64,000 nucleotides of DNA. It comes from an uncultured Candidatus Poseidoniales archaeon. GTDB lineage: Archaea; Thermoplasmatota; Poseidoniia; Poseidoniales; CAYMED01. Below the pieces are notes generated by a model. That model had not been told where the DNA came from. It did no database searches and saw only the letters and a list, made by a program, of their open reading frames with translations. This document shows, one piece after another, positions 9,470-18,788 of this stretch. The stretch spans positions 1-64,000 of the forward strand of contig CAYMED010000001.1 in the NCBI GenBank assembly GCA_964389655.1, read 5' to 3'. Position 1 is the stretch's first letter; each line of letters starts with the position of its first letter. Position numbers and translations under genes: made by a program.

Positions 9470-11281
9470 ATGAGGCGCCTTGGCCAATCCGTCATCTTGG
9501 TGCTGGTGGTCGCGTCTTTGGCAGGCTGCTTCCGTCCAACAATTGTTTCTTGGGGGGATGACAAAGAAGGTGGAGAATTCATGCTAGAATGGGACCAATC
9601 GGTTTCCTTAAGCATTACAGAAGATGGTAGCCTTAACGGCACTCCGGATGGGAGCATAAAACTGTCATCGAAGCATACGTCGGATGCTGAAGTACTCAGC
9701 GCAGTTGGATGTGATTTTTCTGGAAATATAGTTCCTGCTCGGATTGATGGATGGTTGACAGCAACAAAGCATTTCCCACTAGGTCCTGCTTCAGCAGGCG
9801 CTCCTACGGCAAGGGCATCCTCCCCAACATCGGTTATGATGGATCCGTCATTCACATTTGAAGGGGCTTTGGACCGAGATGTTGCGAATGTTGGAAAGGT
9901 CAATATCATGGATTGGTCAGATCCGGGCCGCGCTCAAGTTCAAACAAGTGCAGATGGTGATGGTAGTAACCAACTAATCCTTGTATCTCTTATTCCAGCC
10001 GATGAAAAAATATTGGATGGTTTTCGTGCATTGACTTGGCATCAAGCCGTGTTGTTTGAGGGCTATGCTATTGGTTCTCAAGCAGATTCATCCCCTTCTA
10101 GCAAAGTTTCAGATGCAACCATGACTGCTGGGGGGATGCCATTATATGAATGCCCTAGAGATAATGGTGGTGGTTACGAAATGTTACCTGACCCTGCTGT
10201 TTTAGGGTCGGTTACTGCTGACAAACAATCTGCTAGCAAGCAATCGATGGATGGCATCGTGTTCATGGTAACCAAAATTGAGACTGGTAATTCCCATGTG
10301 ATTACCCAAGAGGGTGTTAAAGGCAGCACTTACAAGCATGGGACTGTTGGCACGACAGGACCTTTTCTTTACTTGATAATTTTAGGAATTATAGCGGGTG
10401 GTGGAGGCTTTGGCACATTTATCCTTTCGAAAATGATTCTTGCTAAACAAACAAATGCCATGACAAAGGAGATGATACAGGCAGAAAAGTTAGCCCAAGT
10501 TAGTGGTGTTCGGGATGCCATGAAAAAGGCAAAGAAGGAGGGGAGAAATCCCGTTAAAGAGGCAAAGGCCGCAGCAAAAGAACGAGAACAGAAAGTCAGG
10601 GATGCTGAAAAGGCCGCTGAAGATTTGGCCGCCAAAAGGGCAAAGGAGACTAAACCATCTTTTGACATTGATTCGATTTTGTCAGTTGGGGGGGCTGATG
10701 AATCCATGCCGGATGGCATTGTTGCTGGCGGTGGTGTTGTCGCCACCGAGGCAGCATTGGATCAGGATGAATCCATTGCAGCACGCTTAGAGGCAGAAGG
10801 TCATGGGATTTCGTCTCAGGTTTCTGCCATGGTTGGTGATATTGATGTTGGCGGTGCAGTGACGGGCCGCGTATCTAGCCCTCCGGTGGGTCCAACAGGG
10901 GGTGTGACTTCAGTAAGCACTTCCACTGAATCCCCTTCCCCTTCACCCCGTAGTTCAATATCTGGTAGTTTGGCACCAGAGCGCAGTGAGGCGCCCCTCC
11001 GGCAAGCAGGCCCCCCATCAGATCAGCAAAGGGGTGCCCCTCCCAGGGGACAACAACGTGCAGGTCCCCCAGGTGGCAAGCGTAGGAGTCCCCCACCGGG
11101 AAGCGGTGGTGAACGGCAGCAACGTTCCGGACCCCCTGTTGGGCGAAGAACCCCTCCTGGGGGTGGTGAGGGTGTTGGCCAACAAAGTAGTGGTCCTGTC
11201 TCTTCCCACAAATCGCCAGAACCCCGAAGTCGGGGTAAACCTTCAGTTTCAGATGATAATTTTGATGATTTTTCCCTTTAA
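9470..11281 (+). CDS. Hypothetical lipoprotein/membrane protein with cytoplasmic coiled coil and Arg-Gly-Pro-rich disordered tail
   Basis: Lipobox LAGC, extracellular domain, TM FLYLIILGIIAGGGGFGTFIL, K/E/A-rich helix, R-x-G-P-P repeats and acidic end DDNFDDFSL. Confidence 0.75.
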   Translation: MRRLGQSVILVLVVASLAGCFRPTIVSWGDDKEGGEFMLEWDQSVSLSITEDGSLNGTPDGSIKLSSKHTSDAEVLSAVGCDFSGNIVPARIDGWLTATKHFPLGPASAGAPTARASSPTSVMMDPSFTFEGALDRDVANVGKVNIMDWSDPGRAQVQTSADGDGSNQLILVSLIPADEKILDGFRALTWHQAVLFEGYAIGSQADSSPSSKVSDATMTAGGMPLYECPRDNGGGYEMLPDPAVLGSVTADKQSASKQSMDGIVFMVTKIETGNSHVITQEGVKGSTYKHGTVGTTGPFLYLIILGIIAGGGGFGTFILSKMILAKQTNAMTKEMIQAEKLAQVSGVRDAMKKAKKEGRNPVKEAKAAAKEREQKVRDAEKAAEDLAAKRAKETKPSFDIDSILSVGGADESMPDGIVAGGGVVATEAALDQDESIAARLEAEGHGISSQVSAMVGDIDVGGAVTGRVSSPPVGPTGGVTSVSTSTESPSPSPRSSISGSLAPERSEAPLRQAGPPSDQQRGAPPRGQQRAGPPGGKRRSPPPGSGGERQQRSGPPVGRRTPPGGGEGVGQQSSGPVSSHKSPEPRSRGKPSVSDDNFDDFSL

Positions 11282-11282
11282 A

Positions 11283-12278
11283 TTATTCATCCCACTGTAG
11301 TGATGAAGCGCCACGTATGTGTATTTGGTTTGGATGCCATGTAATGTGTGCTGGTAATTGCATACATGGTTCGCCATCAGCTTGGATGATAATTGGCTTG
11401 TCTCTTTTGTCTGCTAATTCTAATTTAACTTCTTGAACGCGTCTGTCGTAAATTCCCTTTTTCCCAATGTGCTTTCCCTTGTGTAAGGGTCCCATTAATG
11501 TCATCATTTTCAATTTCCCAAGCCCTGTACCATAGATCATCCCCATGCCTTTGAGGCGGGGATTTGCACCCGGGAATGCGCGATAACCCCCCCCAAAAGT
11601 TTCGCCAATCATCATCGCTCCAAGAACGAAATCGATTTCTTGACTATCTTCATCACAAATGAGTCTAATTTTCCGGCGTTTCCAAGCAATAATTTCCCTA
11701 ATTCCAAGATAAGTATATTTTAGTGTTCCTCGAAGCCATTTTGCACGCACAAATTTTGATCTACTAACTGCTGCCGTTAATCCAACATCGGACTCTTGGA
11801 ATGCCCAACGGACAATACGCCCTTCATTTTCAGGCTCCCCATCCCAGGAATGAGGTTTTGGTATGGGGTAATTTCCTATCGGCGGGGCCGGCAATGCTTC
11901 GATCCGCATTGCAGGTACAGGGCGGTCAACTCCATTGACAATGACATCAACAATTCCCTTTGGATCTAAAGGAGGGATTTCATGTGTTCTAGCAAGGTCA
12001 TTCCCCGAGCCAGTTGGGACAATCCCTAGGACTGTTTTTCCCCCGCGAAGGCCAGATGCAACTTCATGGGCAGTCCCATCTCCTCCTACTGCCAATATCA
12101 ATCCATCATAATCATGATATTCATTTGCCAATTCAGCAGCATGCCCGGGCCTAGTGGTCTGCAATTCAATGATGTCGTCAAATCCATTTTCATTCAACAA
12201 GGTCCGAACTTTAGTCCAAATCCGCATGGTTGCGCCGTCGCGAGACGTTGGATTGACAATGGCAATAGCACTTGACAT
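11283..12278 (-). CDS. Diacylglycerol kinase family (YegS/BmrU-like) lipid kinase
   Basis: IVNPTS, AVGGDGTAHEV, PTGSGNDLAR, FGGG and QADGEP. Start taken at ATG 12278. Confidence 0.9.
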   Translation of the reverse strand: MSSAIAIVNPTSRDGATMRIWTKVRTLLNENGFDDIIELQTTRPGHAAELANEYHDYDGLILAVGGDGTAHEVASGLRGGKTVLGIVPTGSGNDLARTHEIPPLDPKGIVDVIVNGVDRPVPAMRIEALPAPPIGNYPIPKPHSWDGEPENEGRIVRWAFQESDVGLTAAVSRSKFVRAKWLRGTLKYTYLGIREIIAWKRRKIRLICDEDSQEIDFVLGAMMIGETFGGGYRAFPGANPRLKGMGMIYGTGLGKLKMMTLMGPLHKGKHIGKKGIYDRRVQEVKLELADKRDKPIIIQADGEPCMQLPAHITWHPNQIHIRGASSLQWDE

Positions 12279-12363
12279 ATACAGCAGATTAAGTTCAGCA
12301 TCATGATCTCTCCGGCGGCTTGCCTTCAATAATCTACACCGTCTCGGTCTAGACGTGTGTGCT

Positions 12364-13464
12364 ATGAGGCCAGATGCCATGATGGCGAAAGCCTTGGAAC
12401 TTGCTCTTCAGGGAAGAGGGAAGACCTCCCCTAACCCATTGGTAGGGTGTGTGCTTGTTCGGGATGGGGAAATTATTGCTGAAGGGTGGCATGACCATTT
12501 GGGTGGGTTACATGCCGAACAAGAAGCAATTGCAGCAGCTGAAAAAGCGGGGATTTCTACAAAGGGGGCCACAGCATACGTTACTCTTGAACCATGTAAC
12601 CATCACGGTAGAACGCCACCTTGTACAGAGTCATTGCTTTGGGCAGGTATTAAGCGCGTGATTATTTCTCAAAGAGATCCGAACCCCATGGTTTGTGGGG
12701 GTGGTTTAGAACGCCTTGTGGGAGAGGGTATTGAGGTGGTTGAGGGTGTAATGTCCAATTTATCAAGTCGGCTTATGCAGGGATTTTTGCATTGGTGCCG
12801 TCATCGTCGTCCACTAGTTACTGCAAAAATGGCAGTTGACTCACAAGGGAGCGTTGATGATTTGAATCAGGAATCATCGCGCTTTACCTCTCATCAGTCA
12901 CTAGAACTTTCTCACCAATTACGCGCCGTATCTGATTCCATTCTTGTTGGAATTGGCACAGTACTTCGTGATGATCCGATGTTGACAGTTCGACTATGTC
13001 CTAGAAACCGGCATACGCCCCCCTTGCGCGTAATCTTAGATCCTCATGGGAAGATGCTGATTAATTCTCGAGTGAATTCAATAGATGCTCCTACATTGCA
13101 ATTTGTTTCAGATTCTTCTGAACGTTTTGAGCATGTTGAATGCTCCGACCTTGGACCTTTGTTAGATGATGGTGGTCTTTGGAATCCTGAGGTGATTTGC
13201 AATGCGCTTGGCGACCGTGAAATACATGAATTGCTAATAGAAGGTGGCCCAAAGACGATACGTCATTTTCTAGATGCGGATTTTGTTGATCGTTTTATCC
13301 ATATAAAGTCTCCAGTGACTCATGTGGAACCCCTATTTGGATTTGATATTGATCGATATATCGACCGCTGGCCTCACCAGGAAACGAGACATATGGGTGG
13401 TGATGAGGTTTCATTTTTCTCACGGGAAGTATTACCGTGGAAAGAATGGCCACGGATTCAGTAA
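12364..13464 (+). CDS. ribD: Bifunctional riboflavin biosynthesis deaminase/reductase RibD
   Basis: TSPNPLVGCV, HAE, VTLEPCNHHGRTPPC, then reductase domain ILVGIGTVLRDDP.LTVR and LLIEGG. Confidence 0.93.
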   Translation: MRPDAMMAKALELALQGRGKTSPNPLVGCVLVRDGEIIAEGWHDHLGGLHAEQEAIAAAEKAGISTKGATAYVTLEPCNHHGRTPPCTESLLWAGIKRVIISQRDPNPMVCGGGLERLVGEGIEVVEGVMSNLSSRLMQGFLHWCRHRRPLVTAKMAVDSQGSVDDLNQESSRFTSHQSLELSHQLRAVSDSILVGIGTVLRDDPMLTVRLCPRNRHTPPLRVILDPHGKMLINSRVNSIDAPTLQFVSDSSERFEHVECSDLGPLLDDGGLWNPEVICNALGDREIHELLIEGGPKTIRHFLDADFVDRFIHIKSPVTHVEPLFGFDIDRYIDRWPHQETRHMGGDEVSFFSREVLPWKEWPRIQ

Positions 13465-13787
13465 CTCGATAATCGACACCATGCAGGCAAGTATTCAGGC
13501 GAATTTGGTGAGGTGAATGCTACCCCCAGAAGCATCACAATCACAAAGAATACGGGGAACAACGCGGTCCAAGTTAGGATTCTAGGGTCTCCTTTCAGGT
13601 GCATGAATAATCCTGCAATCCCAATTCCTTTGACTACGGCCACTCCAATGAGTACAACTGCGGTCAAAACAAGACTTAATTCAAGACCAACCGCGCCTAC
13701 TTCGATAACTGTTAAGAACATGAGCACAACAAAATTCCAAAAGTATGCATCATTCCAAAGGCTTCCAGATTCACCATGCTCTCCCAT
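13458..13787 (-). CDS. Cytochrome c oxidase subunit IV (CtaF/caa3-type family)
   Basis: Three TM helices, LTVIEV and VK...FMHLK motif. Last gene of the cox operon. Confidence 0.85.
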   Translation of the reverse strand: MGEHGESGSLWNDAYFWNFVVLMFLTVIEVGAVGLELSLVLTAVVLIGVAVVKGIGIAGLFMHLKGDPRILTWTALFPVFFVIVMLLGVAFTSPNSPEYLPAWCRLSSY

Positions 13788-13802
13788 TCATTTCACCCGA
13801 GT

Positions 13803-14729
13803 CTAATAGAGATAGAAAGCAGGGAATACGACAACCCATGCTAGATCTACAAAGTGCCAGTACAGCGCGAAATACTCAATTCCTTGGGCATTAAGTTTGT
13901 CCCACCCTCCATTTGCAGACTTGATAATGAGGTACAGCAACCCGATCAAACCCGCAAATACATGTGCGCCATGAGTCCCAGTTGTTACGTAAAACGTGCT
14001 TGCAGACAACCTAAGGTCAACCCCACCTAATCCATCTACCCAGTGTCTTTCAGTCCCATGCCCACTACATATCGCTTCAGAGATCCCATGGCAGAAATGA
14101 TCATGGCCTTTCCAATTCGAACCATTTAGGCGATAGCCCTCGGCAAAAATCAGTGTATTCCATTCAATCATCTTGAGAATTAGGAACATTATTCCAAGTC
14201 CTAGTGTTATTGAGAGATACATTGTCGTCTTTCTCTGCTTACCAAGTTTGGCGGCATTTAGGGCCAGTACAAGTGTATATGATGAGATAATTAGTGCAAA
14301 TGTGTTGATGGCGCCAGGGGCAAGTGTTCCCCAATCAGCGGCAATAAAGTGTGATGCTGGGATCCAACAATAAGGCAAGTCAGCAGGCGTGCATTCGTAA
14401 ATACTGGGCATATTTGTCCTATATCGGATATATGTTGAGAATAGGGATGAGAATACCATCGTTTCAGACATCAGGAATATCCACATCCCAACTTTTCGGA
14501 TATCGATACCCCCGAAAGGTTGTCCGATTGATTTTGGTTCAAGTGTTCCATTCCAATCAATATCTTCACGCCACCAATTAATTAGTCCAGCAACAAAGAT
14601 GGTAACTCCTCCAACGATTAGGACAATATTCACGAGTGCAATCCCAAGCAGAAGGAATGGCAATCCCGCTGACATAATAATTGGGCTAGCACTCCCATGA
14701 TGGCCGTCATGGTCCCCATATTCGCTCAT
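13803..14729 (-). CDS. coxC: Cytochrome c oxidase subunit III
   Basis: GMWIFLMSE, INTFALIISS, FYVTTGTHGAHV and LYWHFVDLAW. Confidence 0.95.
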   Translation of the reverse strand: MSEYGDHDGHHGSASPIIMSAGLPFLLLGIALVNIVLIVGGVTIFVAGLINWWREDIDWNGTLEPKSIGQPFGGIDIRKVGMWIFLMSETMVFSSLFSTYIRYRTNMPSIYECTPADLPYCWIPASHFIAADWGTLAPGAINTFALIISSYTLVLALNAAKLGKQRKTTMYLSITLGLGIMFLILKMIEWNTLIFAEGYRLNGSNWKGHDHFCHGISEAICSGHGTERHWVDGLGGVDLRLSASTFYVTTGTHGAHVFAGLIGLLYLIIKSANGGWDKLNAQGIEYFALYWHFVDLAWVVVFPAFYLY

Positions 14730-17051
14730 TCAATCCATCTCCTCTTTACTGGGCATTTGTTCTTCTTGAAGCCCCCATAGTCGACTAATGAATCGTTGTG
14801 TCCTGCTTGGCTTTGAGATGTGGTTTGTAGGGGCGTTTTCTTGTCGTACGTCATCCCCAAATGATGGAGTGGGTGGGGGTGATGTTGTTGTCCATTCTAA
14901 TGACCATCCTCCCCATGGGTTGTTTCCTGCTAAAACACCTTTGCGTGTTGAGATAATAATGTTCACGAGAAGAATGATCATAGATATACCAAATATGAAT
15001 GACGAAACGGTAATTAGCATATTTGCACCACCATAACCGGTTGATTCAGCATATGAGTGGGTGCGTCGTAGCATCCCATCAAGGCCAAGTTGGTGCATTG
15101 GCCAAAATGCAATATTATAACTCGTAAATGCAATAATGAAATGGATGCGCCCCCATGTTTCGTTTAAACAACGTCCAGTTACTTTGGGGTACCAATAGTA
15201 TATTGCGGAAAGTATACCAAATACAGTGCCACCAATAAACACGTAATGGAAATGTGCGACGACAAAATAAGTTTCATGAAGGTGCAAATCGAGGGGTATT
15301 GAGGCAAAATACATCCCTGAAATACCTCCTATTGTGAAAGTGACTAAGAACCCTAATGCCCACAACATATGCGTGTGGAACATGATTGCGCCCCCATGTA
15401 GGGTTGCGAGCCAATTGAAGATCTTTACACCAGTTGGTACGGCAACTAACATTGTCAAGAGCATTGTAATGAATCTGAATTGTGGGTCGGTTCCAGCAGT
15501 TAGCATGTGGTGCCCCCAAACAACAAACCCTAGCACCCCAATTCCTGCCATTGCCCAAACCATGGATTTGTATCCAAATATTGAGCGGTGAGATCCAGTG
15601 GCTAATACTTCACTTATCACCCCGAACGCGGGAAGGATGACAACATACACTTCGGGGTGTCCAAAGTACCAAAAGAGGTGAGCCCACAATAATGGATCCC
15701 CGCCAGCGGCGATATCATAGAATGCAGTTCCAATTGTACGGTCTAAAAAGATAAACACAAGGCCGATGACAAAGGCCGGGAGCGAAATAAAAAGCATAAA
15801 CACAGATACAAGAATCGACCATGTGAATAATGGCATTTTCATCCAAGTTACTCCTGGTGCCCTCATAGTGAATATGGTGGCAATGAAATTCACTCCGGAG
15901 AGGGTTGATGATGCACCGAGCATCAATTGTCCAGCAACCCACATCGTGGTTCCGGGTGTGGTTGTGGTTGTTGAATAAGGTGCGTATCCCGTCCATCCAG
16001 TGTCTGCTGCTCCATTTGAGAACACCCCCCAAAATATCAAAATCGTTGATGCCGGCAAGAGCCAAAACGCGAATGCATTTAGGCGTGGGAATGCAAGATC
16101 TTTTGCCCCGATTTGTAGTGGGACGATGTAATTTGCGAGTGCACTAATCAGTGGCATTGCAGCAAGGAAAATCATTGTAGTTCCATGAAGGGTAAAAAAT
16201 TGGTTATACTGCTGTTGTGTGAGAAAGTCGCTTTCAGGCTGAGCGAGTTGGATCCTGAAAAGCAGGGCGAAAATTCCCCCCACTAGGAAAAACAAAAACC
16301 CGAACCAGAAATAGAGGGTCCCGACACCCTTGTGGTCTGTTGTTGTAAGCCAGCCTTTGAGCCACGGCCAAAACACTTCAAAACGAAATGCATCTGGTGA
16401 GGCGCGGTGGAATACATAGGCTAGCATTGCCACGCTGATAATAATTGCAAGCAGAGTCCCAGTGAGAATTACAGACAAGGCAGAAGCTGTTGGAGCACCG
16501 ATGTAATATGATGCAGTATTCCATTGATCACCTACTCCATTCATTCCATCTCCATCTACGGAATTGACAACAAGTTGGAATTCTATATCCTTCCCAGGGA
16601 TATCTGGCGCGGTCCATTCAATTGGCCAAGCGCGCTGATCATTTCCCTCTGCTGAATGTGTGAGTATATCTGATCCTGTGTATTTCTCACCACCTACGCC
16701 ACCTCCATTATAGGTTGCATTTTTCCCCGTAGAATTGTCGATAGGAGAAAGACTACCATCGGAAACAACCAAGACAAACCCGCCTTGATTAATCATGCTT
16801 GATCCAATAGATGGCCCACCACTGATTGAAATATTGAGTGAATAGGTTTCTCCAACATCATATGTCTCTGGGACTCCATCTAGGAGTGCAGAAACGCCTG
16901 AATTAGCAGTTCCTGAGTGGCAACTGCAACCAGCATTGGCAACATTTTGGTCCGCAATACCACTTGGGTATGCGGTAAAAACTGGACTCAATGCGAGAAG
17001 AAATGCGGTCCCAAGAAGCATTACGATTCTCGTTTGTCGCACTCTTATCAT
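14730..17051 (-). CDS. coxA: Heme-copper oxidase subunit I (type A1) with an extra N-terminal exported domain
   Basis: TTDHK, HGTTMIF, DLAFPRLN, FWYFGHPEVY, VWGHHM, PTGVKIF and HETYFVVAHFHYV. The ~228-aa N-terminal extension comprises a signal peptide, a soluble domain and a TM helix. Confidence 0.95.
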   Translation of the reverse strand: MIRVRQTRIVMLLGTAFLLALSPVFTAYPSGIADQNVANAGCSCHSGTANSGVSALLDGVPETYDVGETYSLNISISGGPSIGSSMINQGGFVLVVSDGSLSPIDNSTGKNATYNGGGVGGEKYTGSDILTHSAEGNDQRAWPIEWTAPDIPGKDIEFQLVVNSVDGDGMNGVGDQWNTASYYIGAPTASALSVILTGTLLAIIISVAMLAYVFHRASPDAFRFEVFWPWLKGWLTTTDHKGVGTLYFWFGFLFFLVGGIFALLFRIQLAQPESDFLTQQQYNQFFTLHGTTMIFLAAMPLISALANYIVPLQIGAKDLAFPRLNAFAFWLLPASTILIFWGVFSNGAADTGWTGYAPYSTTTTTPGTTMWVAGQLMLGASSTLSGVNFIATIFTMRAPGVTWMKMPLFTWSILVSVFMLFISLPAFVIGLVFIFLDRTIGTAFYDIAAGGDPLLWAHLFWYFGHPEVYVVILPAFGVISEVLATGSHRSIFGYKSMVWAMAGIGVLGFVVWGHHMLTAGTDPQFRFITMLLTMLVAVPTGVKIFNWLATLHGGAIMFHTHMLWALGFLVTFTIGGISGMYFASIPLDLHLHETYFVVAHFHYVFIGGTVFGILSAIYYWYPKVTGRCLNETWGRIHFIIAFTSYNIAFWPMHQLGLDGMLRRTHSYAESTGYGGANMLITVSSFIFGISMIILLVNIIISTRKGVLAGNNPWGGWSLEWTTTSPPPTPSFGDDVRQENAPTNHISKPSRTQRFISRLWGLQEEQMPSKEEMD

Positions 17052-17056
17052 CCCCT

Positions 17057-17818
17057 TCAGTTAAGCAAGCCAGAACATATCCCGGCATCATCATATCCAG
17101 TAATGACTACCGTTGCGAGCATATATGCGTGCATATCTCCACAATACTCTGCACATTTTACTCCAAGTGTGTAATTTCCATCTAAAAATGCATCCGATTG
17201 CGCATCAACTTGTTTTGGTGTTTTGGTTGTGAGGGTGATTCTCAATCCTGGCACTGCATCTTCCTTGATCCCTAACTCGACAATGAAGAATGCGTGTTGA
17301 ACATCATAGGAATATATGTGGAATTTGACAATCCGGTCACAAGGGATTGAAATTGAATTTGGCGTGTACCCCGCACGTACAAGGGCCATGTCTTCATCAG
17401 TGATCACCGGACTATTTTCTGTGAATAGGGTTTCCTCGCGGGCATTGAGGTACCATGCCCATTTTTCCCCAACTACAGTTACAGTAACAGGGGCACCCTC
17501 GGTAGCAGTTCTCTCTTCAAGATCTGCCTCAGTGGGCCATAAACGATCAAGGGGTCCGAGAGTGATTAGAGTGAGGTAGATTACTAGAATCAATGGGCCT
17601 AGGAACCAAGCAAATTCGAGTTTGGCGTTATCCCGTTCTTCGGGAAAGAAACCAGGGATAAATGGTGAATCTTTTTGGGGGTGGTGTCCAGACTTCGCAC
17701 GGTATCGTAGAATGAGGTATCCGAGTAAAACAAAAGTTAGAATTCCAACTAGGAATGCCCAAAAATTAAACACGTCCCAAAGCGCTGCAAATTCAGTATC
17801 AGAGCGGGGGGATGCCAT
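17057..17818 (-). CDS. coxB: Cytochrome c oxidase subunit II (CuA)
   Basis: Two TM helices, KWAW, DVQHAF and CAEYCGDMHAYM. GGAGGT SD upstream of ATG 17818. No C-terminal cytochrome c. Confidence 0.95.
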   Translation of the reverse strand: MASPRSDTEFAALWDVFNFWAFLVGILTFVLLGYLILRYRAKSGHHPQKDSPFIPGFFPEERDNAKLEFAWFLGPLILVIYLTLITLGPLDRLWPTEADLEERTATEGAPVTVTVVGEKWAWYLNAREETLFTENSPVITDEDMALVRAGYTPNSISIPCDRIVKFHIYSYDVQHAFFIVELGIKEDAVPGLRITLTTKTPKQVDAQSDAFLDGNYTLGVKCAEYCGDMHAYMLATVVITGYDDAGICSGLLN

Positions 17819-17882
17819 CCGATTTAACCTCCCGACCCTAGATGGATATGCCCCTTCTGCTGGAGGCCTCATGAACTGATTC

Positions 17883-17895
17883 CTTAAGCATTTTC
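17883..17895 (-). promoter_or_regulatory. Putative BRE-TATA promoter of the cox operon
   Basis: Minus strand reads GAAAATG-CTTAAG about 65 nt upstream of coxB; the leader carries an SD. Confidence 0.4.
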
Positions 17896-17980
17896 AAAGA
17901 TGCGTTCGCTTTGACAAATCTCTCTTTTCGCAGAATCATCCTTGAACTTTGGATGTATGTCAATTATGTAGTGGTAATGC

Positions 17981-18301
17981 GTGGTAGATGTTGTGTGCCA
18001 ATCTAATCCTTTTCAGGCGTCATTAACTGGGACCTTGCTCAATGTATGGGTGTCTCCTAATTCCAATCAATCTGCAGTTGGTGAGATTGATGTGTGGAGA
18101 TGTAGGCTTACCATCTGTGTTAAGTCAGCTCCTTCTAATGGTCGTGCAAATGAAGAACTCATGGATTTGATGGTGAAGGAACTTGGAATTAAATCCGAAT
18201 CAATAAAAATCATTTCAGGTTTGAAAAGTCGTGCTAAGACTTTACATCTTGACGGTCTCGAACCAGACGTGACAAGATTACGACTGGGTCTTGGGGATTA
18301 G
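17981..18301 (+). CDS. DUF167/YggU family protein
   Basis: LNVWVSPNS, VKSAPSNGRANEEL and IISGLKSRAK. Confidence 0.88.
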   Translation: MVDVVCQSNPFQASLTGTLLNVWVSPNSNQSAVGEIDVWRCRLTICVKSAPSNGRANEELMDLMVKELGIKSESIKIISGLKSRAKTLHLDGLEPDVTRLRLGLGD

Positions 18302-18305
18302 TTAA

Positions 18306-18788
18306 ATGGGATCAAATGCGCGAAATGTTCGAAAACGAGCAAACCGACACTATGAAGCAGGACTTATTTTGGGTGATCTGCGCCGTCAAATGAGGATACC
18401 CTCTTCTGAAGGAGGAGCCCCTATTGCTGTTGTCGAAGGGCGAAATGACCTCGCCACATTGGATGAACTTGGAATTAGAGGAATAATTCTCACAATAGGT
18501 GATGGCCGGCCTCTTCCTGAGACGGCTGAACGCATGATGGCCGCCGCCATTGAATCTAGTTCACTGGATCCAACAGTCATTCTTCTAATGGATTGGGATC
18601 GAACAGGGGGCCGGCTACAGCGTAAATTGAATCTCCTCTTGGATGGTTCAGGGGTATTTGTTGATAATTCGATAAGGGCGGCGTTAATCACTCTCCTGAC
18701 GCCAGAAACGCGTACAATTGAATCGATACAGGGTTGGCCAGACCTGATCCGTGGGATGTCTCAAGAAGATTCAGAGATGGTTGACTAA
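18306..18788 (+). CDS. Small Toprim-domain protein (RNase M5/primase-like)
   Basis: VVEGRND and LLMDWDRTG (Toprim E and DxD). Confidence 0.8.
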   Translation: MGSNARNVRKRANRHYEAGLILGDLRRQMRIPSSEGGAPIAVVEGRNDLATLDELGIRGIILTIGDGRPLPETAERMMAAAIESSSLDPTVILLMDWDRTGGRLQRKLNLLLDGSGVFVDNSIRAALITLLTPETRTIESIQGWPDLIRGMSQEDSEMVD

